A stretch of 62,628 nt of DNA, filler included. It is 3 parts of 3 records of this genome, joined end to end, with 100 filler letters (N's around TTAATTAATTAA, not from the genome) between each part and the next. Parts side by side here need not be neighbours in the genome. Positions count along the whole stretch, not along the records: positions 29,545 to 56,067 come from SRR22947727_496; 2 more parts are not named here. One strand, 5' to 3'. The position numbers were made by a program, and so were the translations under genes. This document shows positions 42,268 through 51,797 of this stretch, one piece after another (within the stretch, counting starts at the first letter, position 1; each line of letters opens with the position of its first letter). The notes below the pieces were generated by a model. It did no database searches. It was not told where the DNA came from and was given only the letters and a program-made list of their open reading frames with translations.

Positions 42268-43908
42268 TTAATTTATAGGTTTAATTGATCCGTCTTTAAT
42301 ATTACCATCAAATTTATCCAAGAACTTTTGAATAGATGGATCTGATAATACATCTTTTTCAGCTTTTGATTGTCTATCAGATTCTTGCTTCTCTTTAACA
42401 TGAATAGGAGATTTCGAAGAGGTGCCATTCTTAACTTTAATTGAGATAGTTTTTTTAAAATACTCTTCACAAGCAGACTTAAATTCCATATGAACATTTT
42501 CTGGTATTTTATTATCTTCATTTGAACCAATTAAAACTAAAGCTAGATTATTGAAAGATTCAAATTCTAAATAGCCAAAATAATTTCTAGCAAATGGGCT
42601 TAATGACAAAGAGTTAAAAATTTGAATCCATTGATCATTGCTTGTGACATCTTCACTTTTTGAAGGATCGGTATTAATAATAGTTTCTATTACTTTTGTC
42701 TCCAGCTTTTTATCATCAGATATTGCGTTAGTATTAATTTTATTAGGAAAACTTTCTTGGGTAATGTTAAGAGGCTGATCAGTTTTTAAATTTTTTTTTT
42801 CTGTGTTTTGTTTGTTTGGTTGCGGTTCAAGCTTATGAAGTGGGTTAAAAGCTAACATTCTTAAAATACATATTTCTAGTGCCTCCTTGGGATTAGGATG
42901 AACATTAAACTTTGAATATGAATTAATAGCTATCTCATATAAAAGTTGACAAAACTCATCATCAATTTTTATTGCCAGACCTTTGATATTCTCATCAGCC
43001 GTGTTCTGTAAAACCTTTTCTAGAGAAGTTTTATGTAAAATAGATATTATACTTTTTAAAATAATTTCATATTCAGGAGATAACTCTTCGATCTTTGCAA
43101 GATTATCAAATGCCGATTGCCCTGAACCATCTATGACGGAATGAAGCATTGATATTAAATGAGAATCATCTATGGTTCCTAATAACTTTTTTACACTTTT
43201 AGCTTCTAATATCCCACTACCATGAGCAATAGCTTGATCTAAAAGAGTTAATGCATCTCTAACAGAACCAGATGCAGCATCGGATATAAGTTCAATACTC
43301 TCATCATCAAAATTAATTTTTTCAGACTCTAGAATCATTTTTAAATGACTGGAGAGAACGACCCCTCCAACAGTTTTTAAATTTAGTTGTAGACATCTTG
43401 ATTGAACAGTTTTTGGCAACTTTTCAGGGTTGGTGGTAGCAAGAATAAAGACCACATGCTTTGGTGGTTCTTCAAGGTTTTTCAGCAAAGCATTAAAGCT
43501 TTCTGTAGTTAACATATGAGCTTCATCTAAAAGATAAACTTTAAAACGTCCATTTGATGGAGATTGAGGAACGGTTTGCAGAAGACCTTTCATTGCATCT
43601 ATGCCTCTTTGAGAAGCTGCATCTTGTTCATAAAAATCTAGAGATCTTCCAAGCTTTATCTCCTCACAATTTGAACAACTATTACATGGAGTTGAAACAG
43701 GGGAATCAGCGGATAAGCAGTTTAAACATTTAGCTAAAATTCTTCCTAATGTAGTTTTGCCAACACCTCTAGTGCCAGAAAAGATAAATGCTTGATGCAT
43801 TCTATCCTGCAAAATGCTATTTGATAATGCTTGAATTATATGATCTTGCCCGACAACTTCATCGAAATTAGTTGGTCTATATTTTCTTGCTAAAACCTCG
43901 TAGGACAT
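42268..43908 (-). CDS. dnaX: DNA polymerase III subunit gamma/tau
   Basis: LARKYRP, GTRGVGKTT, C-x-C zinc module, DEAHML, SRC, GS.RDA, LRMLAF. Confidence 0.96.
   Translation of the reverse strand: MSYEVLARKYRPTNFDEVVGQDHIIQALSNSILQDRMHQAFIFSGTRGVGKTTLGRILAKCLNCLSADSPVSTPCNSCSNCEEIKLGRSLDFYEQDAASQRGIDAMKGLLQTVPQSPSNGRFKVYLLDEAHMLTTESFNALLKNLEEPPKHVVFILATTNPEKLPKTVQSRCLQLNLKTVGGVVLSSHLKMILESEKINFDDESIELISDAASGSVRDALTLLDQAIAHGSGILEAKSVKKLLGTIDDSHLISMLHSVIDGSGQSAFDNLAKIEELSPEYEIILKSIISILHKTSLEKVLQNTADENIKGLAIKIDDEFCQLLYEIAINSYSKFNVHPNPKEALEICILRMLAFNPLHKLEPQPNKQNTEKKNLKTDQPLNITQESFPNKINTNAISDDKKLETKVIETIINTDPSKSEDVTSNDQWIQIFNSLSLSPFARNYFGYLEFESFNNLALVLIGSNEDNKIPENVHMEFKSACEEYFKKTISIKVKNGTSSKSPIHVKEKQESDRQSKAEKDVLSDPSIQKFLDKFDGNIKDGSIKPIN
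42791..42800 (-). promoter_or_regulatory. A10 slippery run in dnaX (candidate gamma-generating recoding site)
   Basis: Minus strand GAAAAAAAAAATTTAAAAACTGA; stop codons follow within a few codons in both shifted frames, just after domain III. Confidence 0.6.
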
Positions 43909-43929
43909 AGCGATAAATCATAACATGAG

Positions 43930-44370
43930 CTAACTAAAAACTGAGTCAATTTCTTCAAAAGTAAAGCCTCTATTTTGTAAAAAACTTTTTTGCTTATTTC
44001 TTTCTCTAAAGTCTTGGGATGCACCATTTTTAAACTTTTTATTAAATGCCTTTTGGGCAGCTTGTTTCCATGCACCCTCTTCTTCAATTGCAAAAGATGA
44101 AATTGAACTATTTATCCCTCTAGACATTAATTCAAATTCAATCTTCTTAGGTCCAAAGCCCTTTCTTTTTCTAACAAGCACGTACATCTGTGCATAACGG
44201 GAATCATTAATGAGATTATTTTCAATGAGTTTTATAATTACCTCATCAACAAGATCTGGGATATCAAATTTTTTTAATAGCTTGTTTTTTAGCTCATGTT
44301 TTGAATGCTCTCTTCTTGAGATAATATCTAGAGCTTTGTTATAAACGCTTGCAAAAAATTCGTCATTCAT
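43930..44370 (-). CDS. recX: regulatory protein RecX
   Basis: SRREHS..EL..KL, IND.RYA, GFGP.KI..EL..RGI, FL.NRGF. Confidence 0.9.
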   Translation of the reverse strand: MNDEFFASVYNKALDIISRREHSKHELKNKLLKKFDIPDLVDEVIIKLIENNLINDSRYAQMYVLVRKRKGFGPKKIEFELMSRGINSSISSFAIEEEGAWKQAAQKAFNKKFKNGASQDFRERNKQKSFLQNRGFTFEEIDSVFS

Positions 44371-44829
44371 TTAATCAAATGGTACTACTCGAGATTTACC
44401 ATTTCTTTTAATAATTCTTACTTTTTGATTTTTAAAATAATTATATGAGCTTACCTCTTGAATGATAGAAATTAACTTTCCAGCATCTGTCTCTATCAAT
44501 AATTCGATCCCATCTTTTTTTGTAAGATTAGACCCAACCTCTGATCCTATTGCAGATCCAACAAGTCCGCCAACAAGAGAAGCAATATCTGATTCAGTCT
44601 CAGAGTCAGTAACATTTTTTCCAGCAACACCGCCTATCAATGCCCCTGCAGCAGCACCAGCCTTTCTGTCTCCCTCTATAGTTACAGAGGTAATATCTTT
44701 AATTGTTCCAAGAACAACATACTGTTGTTTTTGAGCATCAGATCTACTGACAACGTCCGGACTATATTGATAATTGACACAACCTACAGTAGTAAGTATA
44801 AAAAATACTGCGAATAAATTTTTATTCAT
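44371..44829 (-). CDS. SlyB-like glycine-zipper outer membrane lipoprotein
   Basis: Lipobox TVGC, GAAAGALIGG...GGLVGSAIG, ISIIQ. Confidence 0.8.
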   Translation of the reverse strand: MNKNLFAVFFILTTVGCVNYQYSPDVVSRSDAQKQQYVVLGTIKDITSVTIEGDRKAGAAAGALIGGVAGKNVTDSETESDIASLVGGLVGSAIGSEVGSNLTKKDGIELLIETDAGKLISIIQEVSSYNYFKNQKVRIIKRNGKSRVVPFD

Positions 44830-45224
44830 TTTTTTGCTCCTTTAGATAGAGGCTTATAATATTTAATAAGATCCTCTGTAATAATAAAAAAATCTTTGTT
44901 TTTACTAGAACCATTCATTAATTTAACTTTATAAATTTTTTCATTAAAAGATGGTTCAACTATTTGTATAACATCGCCCTTATTTAGTCTTTCTAGATTT
45001 CGATCATTAACAATTGAAAAGACATCCCAGTCTCCAAATTGCCTTGCTCTATGTGTATGATATGCATCATTAGGCATAAAATATAAAACCTTGCTATTCG
45101 TTGGTGATAACTTATTACTCCTTGAGTCAAGAAACCATTCTTCGCCAATATTTATAGATGTAATATCTTCAGAAATTATCTCTAATGAAAATAAAAATAA
45201 AAAACTTAAAAAATACTTACTCAT
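44826..45224 (-). CDS. hypothetical exported protein
   Basis: 132-aa ORF with a hydrophobic N-terminus; 4-nt overlap with the next gene. Confidence 0.6.
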   Translation of the reverse strand: MSKYFLSFLFLFSLEIISEDITSINIGEEWFLDSRSNKLSPTNSKVLYFMPNDAYHTHRARQFGDWDVFSIVNDRNLERLNKGDVIQIVEPSFNEKIYKVKLMNGSSKNKDFFIITEDLIKYYKPLSKGAKK

Positions 45225-45287
45225 ATTGATTCTGACAAAATTGTAATGAAATAGTTCTTATCATTCATAAAATATATGTTAACTCAT

Positions 45288-45315
45288 CTTGAAAATTTTA
45301 AAAACAACCCTAAAT
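45288..45315 (+). promoter_or_regulatory. sigma-32 (RpoH) type promoter
   Basis: CTTGAAA-N13-CCCTAAAT upstream of a small heat-shock gene (consensus CTTGAAA-N13/14-CCCCATNT). Confidence 0.7.
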
Positions 45316-45323
45316 AACAATTA

Positions 45324-45406
45324 GGAGATGCCATAAGGGTCTCCGTATTTTAACAAGCATGCCTTCGGGATGCATAAATTTAGTCGCTAAAAGGGGGACT
45401 ATTATG
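45324..45406 (+). promoter_or_regulatory. ROSE-like RNA thermometer leader
   Basis: Hairpins GGAGATGCC-ATAA-GGGTCTCC and GCATGCC-TTCG-GGATGC, then TAGTCGCT-AAA-AGGGGGACTA, which pairs a UCGCU motif against the SD just before ATG 45404. Confidence 0.6.
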
Positions 45407-45853
45407 ATACTTAACTTTACAGATCCATTTTTCACTACTCGTGTGTTAGGGTTTGAGCCATTATTTGATAGATTGCAGAGACTTTCAGAGTCATCTGAAA
45501 GATCTTCAAGCTACCCGCCATACAATATAAGAAAAGATGGTAATTATTTTGCTATTGAGATTGCTGTAGCTGGTTTGACAAAAAATGATATAAATATTGA
45601 GCTTGCGGACGGCGTCTTGTCAGTTAAATATGATGGGCCAAACACTGAAGTTGTGAATGAAAAAAATGAAGTTGTTTATCAAGGAATTGCTCAAAGAGCA
45701 TTTAAGCAACAATTTACTATAGCAACAGATGTCATAGTTCAGGGTGCAGATCTTATTAATGGTTTATTAACTATTAATTTAGAAAAGATAGTGCCTGAAG
45801 AAAAGAAACCAAAAACAATTGAGATTAAAACACCAAAAAGAATCTCAACTTAA
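45404..45853 (+). CDS. ibpA: small heat shock protein (Hsp20/IbpA family)
   Basis: GFEPLFD, SYPPYNI, IAVAG, YQGIAQRAF...F, A.L.NGLL.I.L...PE.KKP..IEI. Confidence 0.9.
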   Translation: MILNFTDPFFTTRVLGFEPLFDRLQRLSESSERSSSYPPYNIRKDGNYFAIEIAVAGLTKNDINIELADGVLSVKYDGPNTEVVNEKNEVVYQGIAQRAFKQQFTIATDVIVQGADLINGLLTINLEKIVPEEKKPKTIEIKTPKRIST

Positions 45854-45861
45854 AAAAATAT

Positions 45862-45891
45862 ACAAAGGGGTGCATTGCGCCACTTGTTTTC
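45862..45891 (+). terminator. probable intrinsic terminator
   Basis: Imperfect hairpin ACAAAGGGGTGC-ATT-GCGCCACTTGT followed by Ts, directly after hsp20. Confidence 0.5.
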
Positions 45892-45913
45892 TTAGTTAGG
45901 GTGATATGTCATT

Positions 45914-47887
45914 ATGAAATCATATAAGCTAATTGCTTCCCTATTATTATTTTCTATAAGTAGTCTTGCATATTCAGTTGATACTGGACATGCGGACGTC
46001 TCGTTAATTAAATTCTCGAACAATGGATCTCAAGCCAATGAGATGTTTGTTGGTATTAAAATGGATATGCAAAAAAATTGGCATACCTATTGGAAAAATC
46101 CTGGTGATTCTGGAGGACCTATTGAAGTATCATGGACTCTGCCAGATGGTATGACAATTAGTGATATTTATTGGCCAACACCAAAATTAATACCATATAC
46201 ACCTTTAATGACATATGGCTATAAAGATTTTGTTATCTTTCCATTTAAAATTAGTTATGAAAACTTTGATGAGTTAGATGAAATTAGTGCGGATATAAAT
46301 TTTTTAATTTGTGACGACATATGTGTGCCAGAAAAAGCCTTTATTAATACAAATTTTAACTCGATGACTTTTGATAATGAACTTCTTGAATGGATAAATA
46401 AAGTTCCTAATGTAACTCTTCCTGTTTTAGCTAAGCAAACAGATAATAATCTTGAGTTAAGATTTTCTTCTAATAGTAAAATTGAAAGCGTGTATTTTTT
46501 TGCAGATCAAAAAGATATTGTTTTACATGCAGATAAGCAAACTTTTTTTAAAGAAGAAAATAACTGGCTTCTAAATATCTCCACAGAAGATAATCCAAAA
46601 CATAAAGAAAAGCTTAATGGAGTCATCGTCATAAATAATGAAAGTTATTTGGTTGATTCTGAAATAACAATTGAAAATATTTCAAATAAATCAATTACGG
46701 TAATTCAAGCATTAATTTTTGCATTTATTGGAGGCCTGATTTTAAATTTAATGCCTTGTGTGTTTCCAATAATTTCTTTAAAAGTTCTTAGCTTCATCTC
46801 TATTAGTGGAGATTCTACATTTAAAATAAGAGCACATTCAATGATATTTTCTCTAGGAGTTGTTGCCTCTTTTCTAATAATTGCATTACTACTAATAGGT
46901 CTCAAGGAAAGTGGTTCGATTGTTGGCTGGGGATTTCAACTTCAATCACCAATAATAGTTGGTACATTGAGTATTTTAATGTTTTTAATAGGGCTGGTTC
47001 TCTTGATGGATATTAACTTAGGTTCATCACTAACAAGACTAGGTTCTATTGGATCTAACGGCAATAACTACTCAGGCTCATTTGCTACTGGAGTTTTGGC
47101 TGTAATAGTAGCATCTCCTTGCACTGCCCCTTTCATGGGCGCGGCTATTGGTTATGCTCTAATACAACCTTCATTAATAACATTACCAATATTTCTATCA
47201 CTGGGTTTGGGATTTGCATTTCCCTATCTTCTCATTTCATTTAAACCTAATTTATTATCATCTCTACCAAAACCTGGTAAGTGGATGGAAACATTAAAGG
47301 AATTTTTTGCATTTCCGATGTTTGCTACAGCATTGTGGCTTTTGTGGGTATTTAGTCTACAAACATCTGTAGACGCCTTAGTAAATTTATTAATCTCAAT
47401 TTTATTAATTAGTTTCATAGTGTGGTTTCATACAAAAATTATAAAAAATTATCTTAAAATTTTGCTGTCTATATGTTTAATATTAATTCTTGCAAGTCAA
47501 ATAAATCAATTTTTAAATCTTGATGACCAAACTAGAAATGCCGATGAGATTGAATCATCATGGAATCTCAACATAGAAAATGAACTTAGGTCTAGCGGTC
47601 AATCTTATTTAATTAATTTTACAGCTGCTTGGTGTATTACCTGTCAGGCTAACGATAAGGTTGCATTATCAAGACCAAGCGTTAAAGAATATTTAAAAGA
47701 TAATAATATTGAATATATTGTTGCTGACTGGACTAACAGAGATGAAAACATTTTAAAAGTTCTTAATAAATATGAAAGAAGCGGTGTTCCGCTTTATATT
47801 TTTTGGAAGCAAGGTATGAATGAGCCTGAAATACTCCCTGCGATATTAACAGAAAATATGGTTTTAGATATTTTAGATAGGTACTAA
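45914..47887 (+). CDS. dsbD: DsbD-family thiol:disulfide interchange protein
   Basis: WHTYWKNPGDSG, ICDDICVP, LNLMPCVFP, ASPCTAPF, LPKPG.WM, FTAAWCITC. Confidence 0.88.
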   Translation: MKSYKLIASLLLFSISSLAYSVDTGHADVSLIKFSNNGSQANEMFVGIKMDMQKNWHTYWKNPGDSGGPIEVSWTLPDGMTISDIYWPTPKLIPYTPLMTYGYKDFVIFPFKISYENFDELDEISADINFLICDDICVPEKAFINTNFNSMTFDNELLEWINKVPNVTLPVLAKQTDNNLELRFSSNSKIESVYFFADQKDIVLHADKQTFFKEENNWLLNISTEDNPKHKEKLNGVIVINNESYLVDSEITIENISNKSITVIQALIFAFIGGLILNLMPCVFPIISLKVLSFISISGDSTFKIRAHSMIFSLGVVASFLIIALLLIGLKESGSIVGWGFQLQSPIIVGTLSILMFLIGLVLLMDINLGSSLTRLGSIGSNGNNYSGSFATGVLAVIVASPCTAPFMGAAIGYALIQPSLITLPIFLSLGLGFAFPYLLISFKPNLLSSLPKPGKWMETLKEFFAFPMFATALWLLWVFSLQTSVDALVNLLISILLISFIVWFHTKIIKNYLKILLSICLILILASQINQFLNLDDQTRNADEIESSWNLNIENELRSSGQSYLINFTAAWCITCQANDKVALSRPSVKEYLKDNNIEYIVADWTNRDENILKVLNKYERSGVPLYIFWKQGMNEPEILPAILTENMVLDILDRY

Positions 47888-47970
47888 AAAAATTATTTCA
47901 TTAAGGTTTTTTTAAAAATTAACAAAAAGTATTTATAATAGAATTCTAATTGACTATTGGGAAATATCTC

Positions 47971-48672
47971 ATGAATGCAAATCCGTTTATATTATTTGGT
48001 ACAACTCACATTATTACAATTATTGTAATTGCCCTTATTTCAATAATGCTTCCTCGGATTTATAGAACTAAAACTGAAGCCCAAAAATCATTAATGACAA
48101 AAGTTATAGCATTTATTATTTTTTGTCATGTCATAATTTCTCCTTATAAAGATTTATATATATTAGCTAATCCATATAACTGGAGAGAGGTTTTACCTTT
48201 ACATATGTGTGATTTGTCTGAAATCTTTCTAATATGCTTTCTTCTGGGTGGGCCAAGTATATTATATAAATGTGCATTTTTCTGGGGATTGGGTGGAGCA
48301 ACGATGGCAATAATAACTCCTGATATAGCTTTTTTAGATTTAGATTATGCTTTTTTTATGATTGGACATGGGATGATAATTCTTGGAATTATCTATGCAA
48401 CTGTTGTGCTTAATAATAGGCCTTATGCCAGAGATATCATTACAGTATCATTAATAACTGCATTTATTCTTTTTCCTATAGTCTATCTTATAAATTATTT
48501 ATTAGGCGAGCCGGCAAATTATTGGTACTTAATGCAAAAACCTGCTGGTGCTAGTCTAATGGATGCATTTCCTGAGCCACCTTTTCATCTTTTAATTACA
48601 ACTCCGTTGGCAATTTTAATCTTCTATGTAATTTATATACCTTATTTTGTTAAGGATAAGTTAAAGAAGTAA
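47971..48672 (+). CDS. YwaF / TIGR02206-like integral membrane protein
   Basis: FGTTH, LPLHMCD, AIITPD, FF.GH, NY.YL..KP...SL.D. Confidence 0.75.
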   Translation: MNANPFILFGTTHIITIIVIALISIMLPRIYRTKTEAQKSLMTKVIAFIIFCHVIISPYKDLYILANPYNWREVLPLHMCDLSEIFLICFLLGGPSILYKCAFFWGLGGATMAIITPDIAFLDLDYAFFMIGHGMIILGIIYATVVLNNRPYARDIITVSLITAFILFPIVYLINYLLGEPANYWYLMQKPAGASLMDAFPEPPFHLLITTPLAILIFYVIYIPYFVKDKLKK

Positions 48673-48738
48673 CTTACTTTGCTTAATTGCTTTAAATACT
48701 TATAAAATAGGTCTATTAGAAACATAACCATAAAAAAA

Positions 48739-49830
48739 ATGGAAAATTTTATATTATTAGTTAGTGATGTTTGGTCAAGAGGTTTTCTTGGAATTAATCT
48801 CGGGGCAATTATCTCCTCTTTGGGAGTAATTCTTTTAGCTTTTTTATTTAGAGGCTTCATTATCTCAATAATCCTAAGTTCCTTGAGTCGTCTAGCAGCG
48901 AAAACAGAATCAAAAATAGATGATGAGATTCTAAATGCTCTAAAGAAACCGATTGGTTTAGTACCTGTGACTATAGCATTATATATTTGCACATTAATAC
49001 TGCCCATTTCAGGTGTTGCTGGAGATATTGCAACTAATATCGTCAAAGCCTTTGTTATATATACAATTTTTAGCGCTTTAGCTAACAGTGTTAAGCCGAT
49101 TTTTGAAGCTCTATCAACAAGCTCATGGTTGACAGCATCAATGCAAATGTGGCTAGAAAGAGCTTCAAGATTCCTGGTATGGGTAGTTGGTATAGCAATT
49201 ATTCTAGATATTTTTGGTATTCAAATTGGACCTTTAGTAGCAGGATTGGGACTTTTTTCAGTAGCTGTTGCACTTGGTGCGCAAGATTTCTTTAAAAACT
49301 TGATTGCTGGTATCTTAATTATTGGTGAGCATAGGTTCCAGCCTGGGGATCGAATTGAGGTGGTAGGTCAGCTTCATGGTATTGTCGAATCTATTGGTTT
49401 TAGATCAACTGTAATAAGAACATTTGATACTGCCCCAATGACTATTCCTAATAAAGACCTTTCAGATGTAAAAGTTATTAATCATGGAGAAATGATAAAT
49501 AGAAGAATTAATTGGAAAATTAATTTAATTTATTCCACAACAGTAGAACAGCTTGAAAAGATTCGTTCAGATATTAAACAATACATATTGGATAGTAACG
49601 ATTTTTCTTCTGATCCTGACTTAGACCCATGTGTAAGAGTTGTAGAACTTGGCTCAAGCTCAATTGACGTTCTTATAGTGGCCTACTCTGAGCCTGTTGG
49701 TTTTGCGGATTTTAATCTAATTAAAGAAAATTTAATCTTTAATATTATAGGTATCGTTAAAGATAATAATTCAGAGTTTGCTTTTCCGTCCACATCTTTA
49801 TACGTTGAAAGTACACCACAATCTTCTTAG
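48739..49830 (+). CDS. mscS: small-conductance mechanosensitive channel
   Basis: AGLG...VAVALGAQD..KNLIAG, F..GD.I, G.VE.IGFRST, IPN, FAFPS. Confidence 0.92.
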   Translation: MENFILLVSDVWSRGFLGINLGAIISSLGVILLAFLFRGFIISIILSSLSRLAAKTESKIDDEILNALKKPIGLVPVTIALYICTLILPISGVAGDIATNIVKAFVIYTIFSALANSVKPIFEALSTSSWLTASMQMWLERASRFLVWVVGIAIILDIFGIQIGPLVAGLGLFSVAVALGAQDFFKNLIAGILIIGEHRFQPGDRIEVVGQLHGIVESIGFRSTVIRTFDTAPMTIPNKDLSDVKVINHGEMINRRINWKINLIYSTTVEQLEKIRSDIKQYILDSNDFSSDPDLDPCVRVVELGSSSIDVLIVAYSEPVGFADFNLIKENLIFNIIGIVKDNNSEFAFPSTSLYVESTPQSS

Positions 49831-49839
49831 TTAAAGATA

Positions 49840-51606
49840 ATGACTGACCAATATTTGCTATCAATAACGATTGTTTCTTTGTTGGGTTTCTTTATCTGGA
49901 GTAAATTTAGATATGATGCTCTTGCTGCAGGAGCCTTAGTTATTTTAATTATTCTAGGAGTAATTCCTGCTAACCAGGCTTTTAATGGTTTTGCTCACCC
50001 CGCAGTAATAACAGTAGCATTAGTTCTTATTATTAGCCAAGGATTAAAAAATTCTGGCCTAACAGGGCTTGTTGGAAAAGTAATAGGTGGCAGGTCTTTT
50101 ACTAAGTTTCAGTTTTTAATTAGCCTATTGTTCATAGCAGCAATTCTTTCGTCATTTATAAATAATATTGGCGCTCTTGCTATACTTCTTCCAATTACAC
50201 TTAACATTTGCCAAAAAATGAATTGGCATCCCTCAAAGTTCTTAATGCCATTAGCTTTTGCATGTATTTTAGGGGGCATGAATACAACCATTGGAACACC
50301 TCCAAATATTATTATTTCAGAATACAAGTCTACAATTTCAGATTCGGGATTTAATTTTTTTGACTTTTCATATGTTGGTCTTGCTATAACAGTTTTAAGC
50401 ATTTTTTTTATATCAATTATTGGTAATAAATTTATCCAATTAAGAGATGATGGTGGTTCAGGATCTTCGCTAATAGATTTAAAAGGTTACTTGTTTGAAG
50501 TTGAGGTAAATGAGTCAAGCTCTGCAATCGGTATGACTTTATCTGCTTTTAAAAAAGAGGCAGGCGAAGATACAGAAGTTCTTGGAATAGTTAATGAAAC
50601 TGGAGGAGTGAAAAAAGTAAAAAATAATTTAAGAATAAAGGCAGGCCAAATCTTGGTAATTAAAACACCCCCAGACGACATATCCTCTATTCTTGATGTT
50701 TTTGATTTCTCAATTCCAAAGGAGCTCCACTCTTTTGGCGATGACGATTTAGAAGAAATTGAAGCAATGATAACTCCAGGATCAAGATTGATAGGAAGAA
50801 AATATGAATTTTTCTTAAAACTGGCATACGAAGAACTTAATTTACTCGGGTTATGGAGAAAGGGAGCAAAGTATCGAACAAGACTTACAAGGGAAACCTT
50901 TAAAGCTGGCGATGTCTTGTTATTAGGAGTTAGAGATTTAGATGAAGAAGATGTTACAAATAAAATAAAGCACTTAGGATTAATGCCTTTAATGCAAAGA
51001 GAACTGCAAACAATTCCATCGAGAAGTAGACTTCTAAAAGGGCTTATATTTTTTATGGTCTCCATTATTCTTGTTGCGCTAAATATACTTCCTACCGCTG
51101 CAGCCTTTTTATTATGCGTCCTAGGTTTTGCAAGAATTAAGATTATTGATAGCAACTTTTATCGAGATATAGATTGGCCAATTATAATTATGTTGGCTGC
51201 TATGATACCAATTGGAACTGCTCTTCAAACGACTGGTTTAAGTGATGTTATTTCATCAAATATCTCATTATTAGCAGCAGATATGAGCCTATTCTGGCTA
51301 CTATTTTTAATACTTATTATAACCATGGCTACAACTGATATTATTAATAATGCAGCCACAGCAGTCATAATGGCACCAATTTCAGCTGGAATAGGCCTTG
51401 AACTAGGGTATGCTATTGAACCATTTCTAATGGTTGTTGCTGTTGGAGCAAGTTGTGCTTTTTTAACTCCAATAGGCCATCAGTGCAATACAGTTGTTAT
51501 GGGTCCTGGAAACTACAAATTTACAGATTATTGGAGATTAGGTTTACCGCTAGATATATTAATCATAATAATCTCCATACCTATGATTTTATTTGTCTGG
51601 ACTTAA
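49840..51606 (+). CDS. SLC13/CitMHS-like permease with TrkA-C domains
   Basis: SFINNIGA, GG..T.IGTPPNII, two central TrkA-C repeats, NNAATA, FLTPIGHQCN. Confidence 0.88.
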   Translation: MTDQYLLSITIVSLLGFFIWSKFRYDALAAGALVILIILGVIPANQAFNGFAHPAVITVALVLIISQGLKNSGLTGLVGKVIGGRSFTKFQFLISLLFIAAILSSFINNIGALAILLPITLNICQKMNWHPSKFLMPLAFACILGGMNTTIGTPPNIIISEYKSTISDSGFNFFDFSYVGLAITVLSIFFISIIGNKFIQLRDDGGSGSSLIDLKGYLFEVEVNESSSAIGMTLSAFKKEAGEDTEVLGIVNETGGVKKVKNNLRIKAGQILVIKTPPDDISSILDVFDFSIPKELHSFGDDDLEEIEAMITPGSRLIGRKYEFFLKLAYEELNLLGLWRKGAKYRTRLTRETFKAGDVLLLGVRDLDEEDVTNKIKHLGLMPLMQRELQTIPSRSRLLKGLIFFMVSIILVALNILPTAAAFLLCVLGFARIKIIDSNFYRDIDWPIIIMLAAMIPIGTALQTTGLSDVISSNISLLAADMSLFWLLFLILIITMATTDIINNAATAVIMAPISAGIGLELGYAIEPFLMVVAVGASCAFLTPIGHQCNTVVMGPGNYKFTDYWRLGLPLDILIIIISIPMILFVWT

Positions 51607-51611
51607 TTATT

Positions 51612-51797
51612 ATGGAAGATCAGTTTAAGAGACCAAATAAAACTAATGGCAAACCCTATGAACCAGGATTTCAAGATGAAGATGGTAGAGTCTTTTTACG
51701 CTACATCAACAAACATGGTAATGACGGTTACTATCTTGAAGAATGGAAAAAAGATATGAAATCTTATGTTAAAAAAAAGAGTTTATTAAAAGACTAA
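51612..51797 (+). CDS. small hypothetical protein (61 aa)
   Basis: MEDQFKRPNKTNGKPYEPGFQDEDGRVFLRY...YYLEEW; ATG 5 nt after the permease stop; 4-nt convergent overlap with the next gene. Confidence 0.6.
   Translation: MEDQFKRPNKTNGKPYEPGFQDEDGRVFLRYINKHGNDGYYLEEWKKDMKSYVKKKSLLKD

Noticed and set aside
50487-51155. 222-aa antisense ORF, and similar antisense ORFs inside trmD, leuC, asd, sucA, dsbD and mscS
   Set aside because: Shadow frames of well-supported genes, with no motifs or independent signals.
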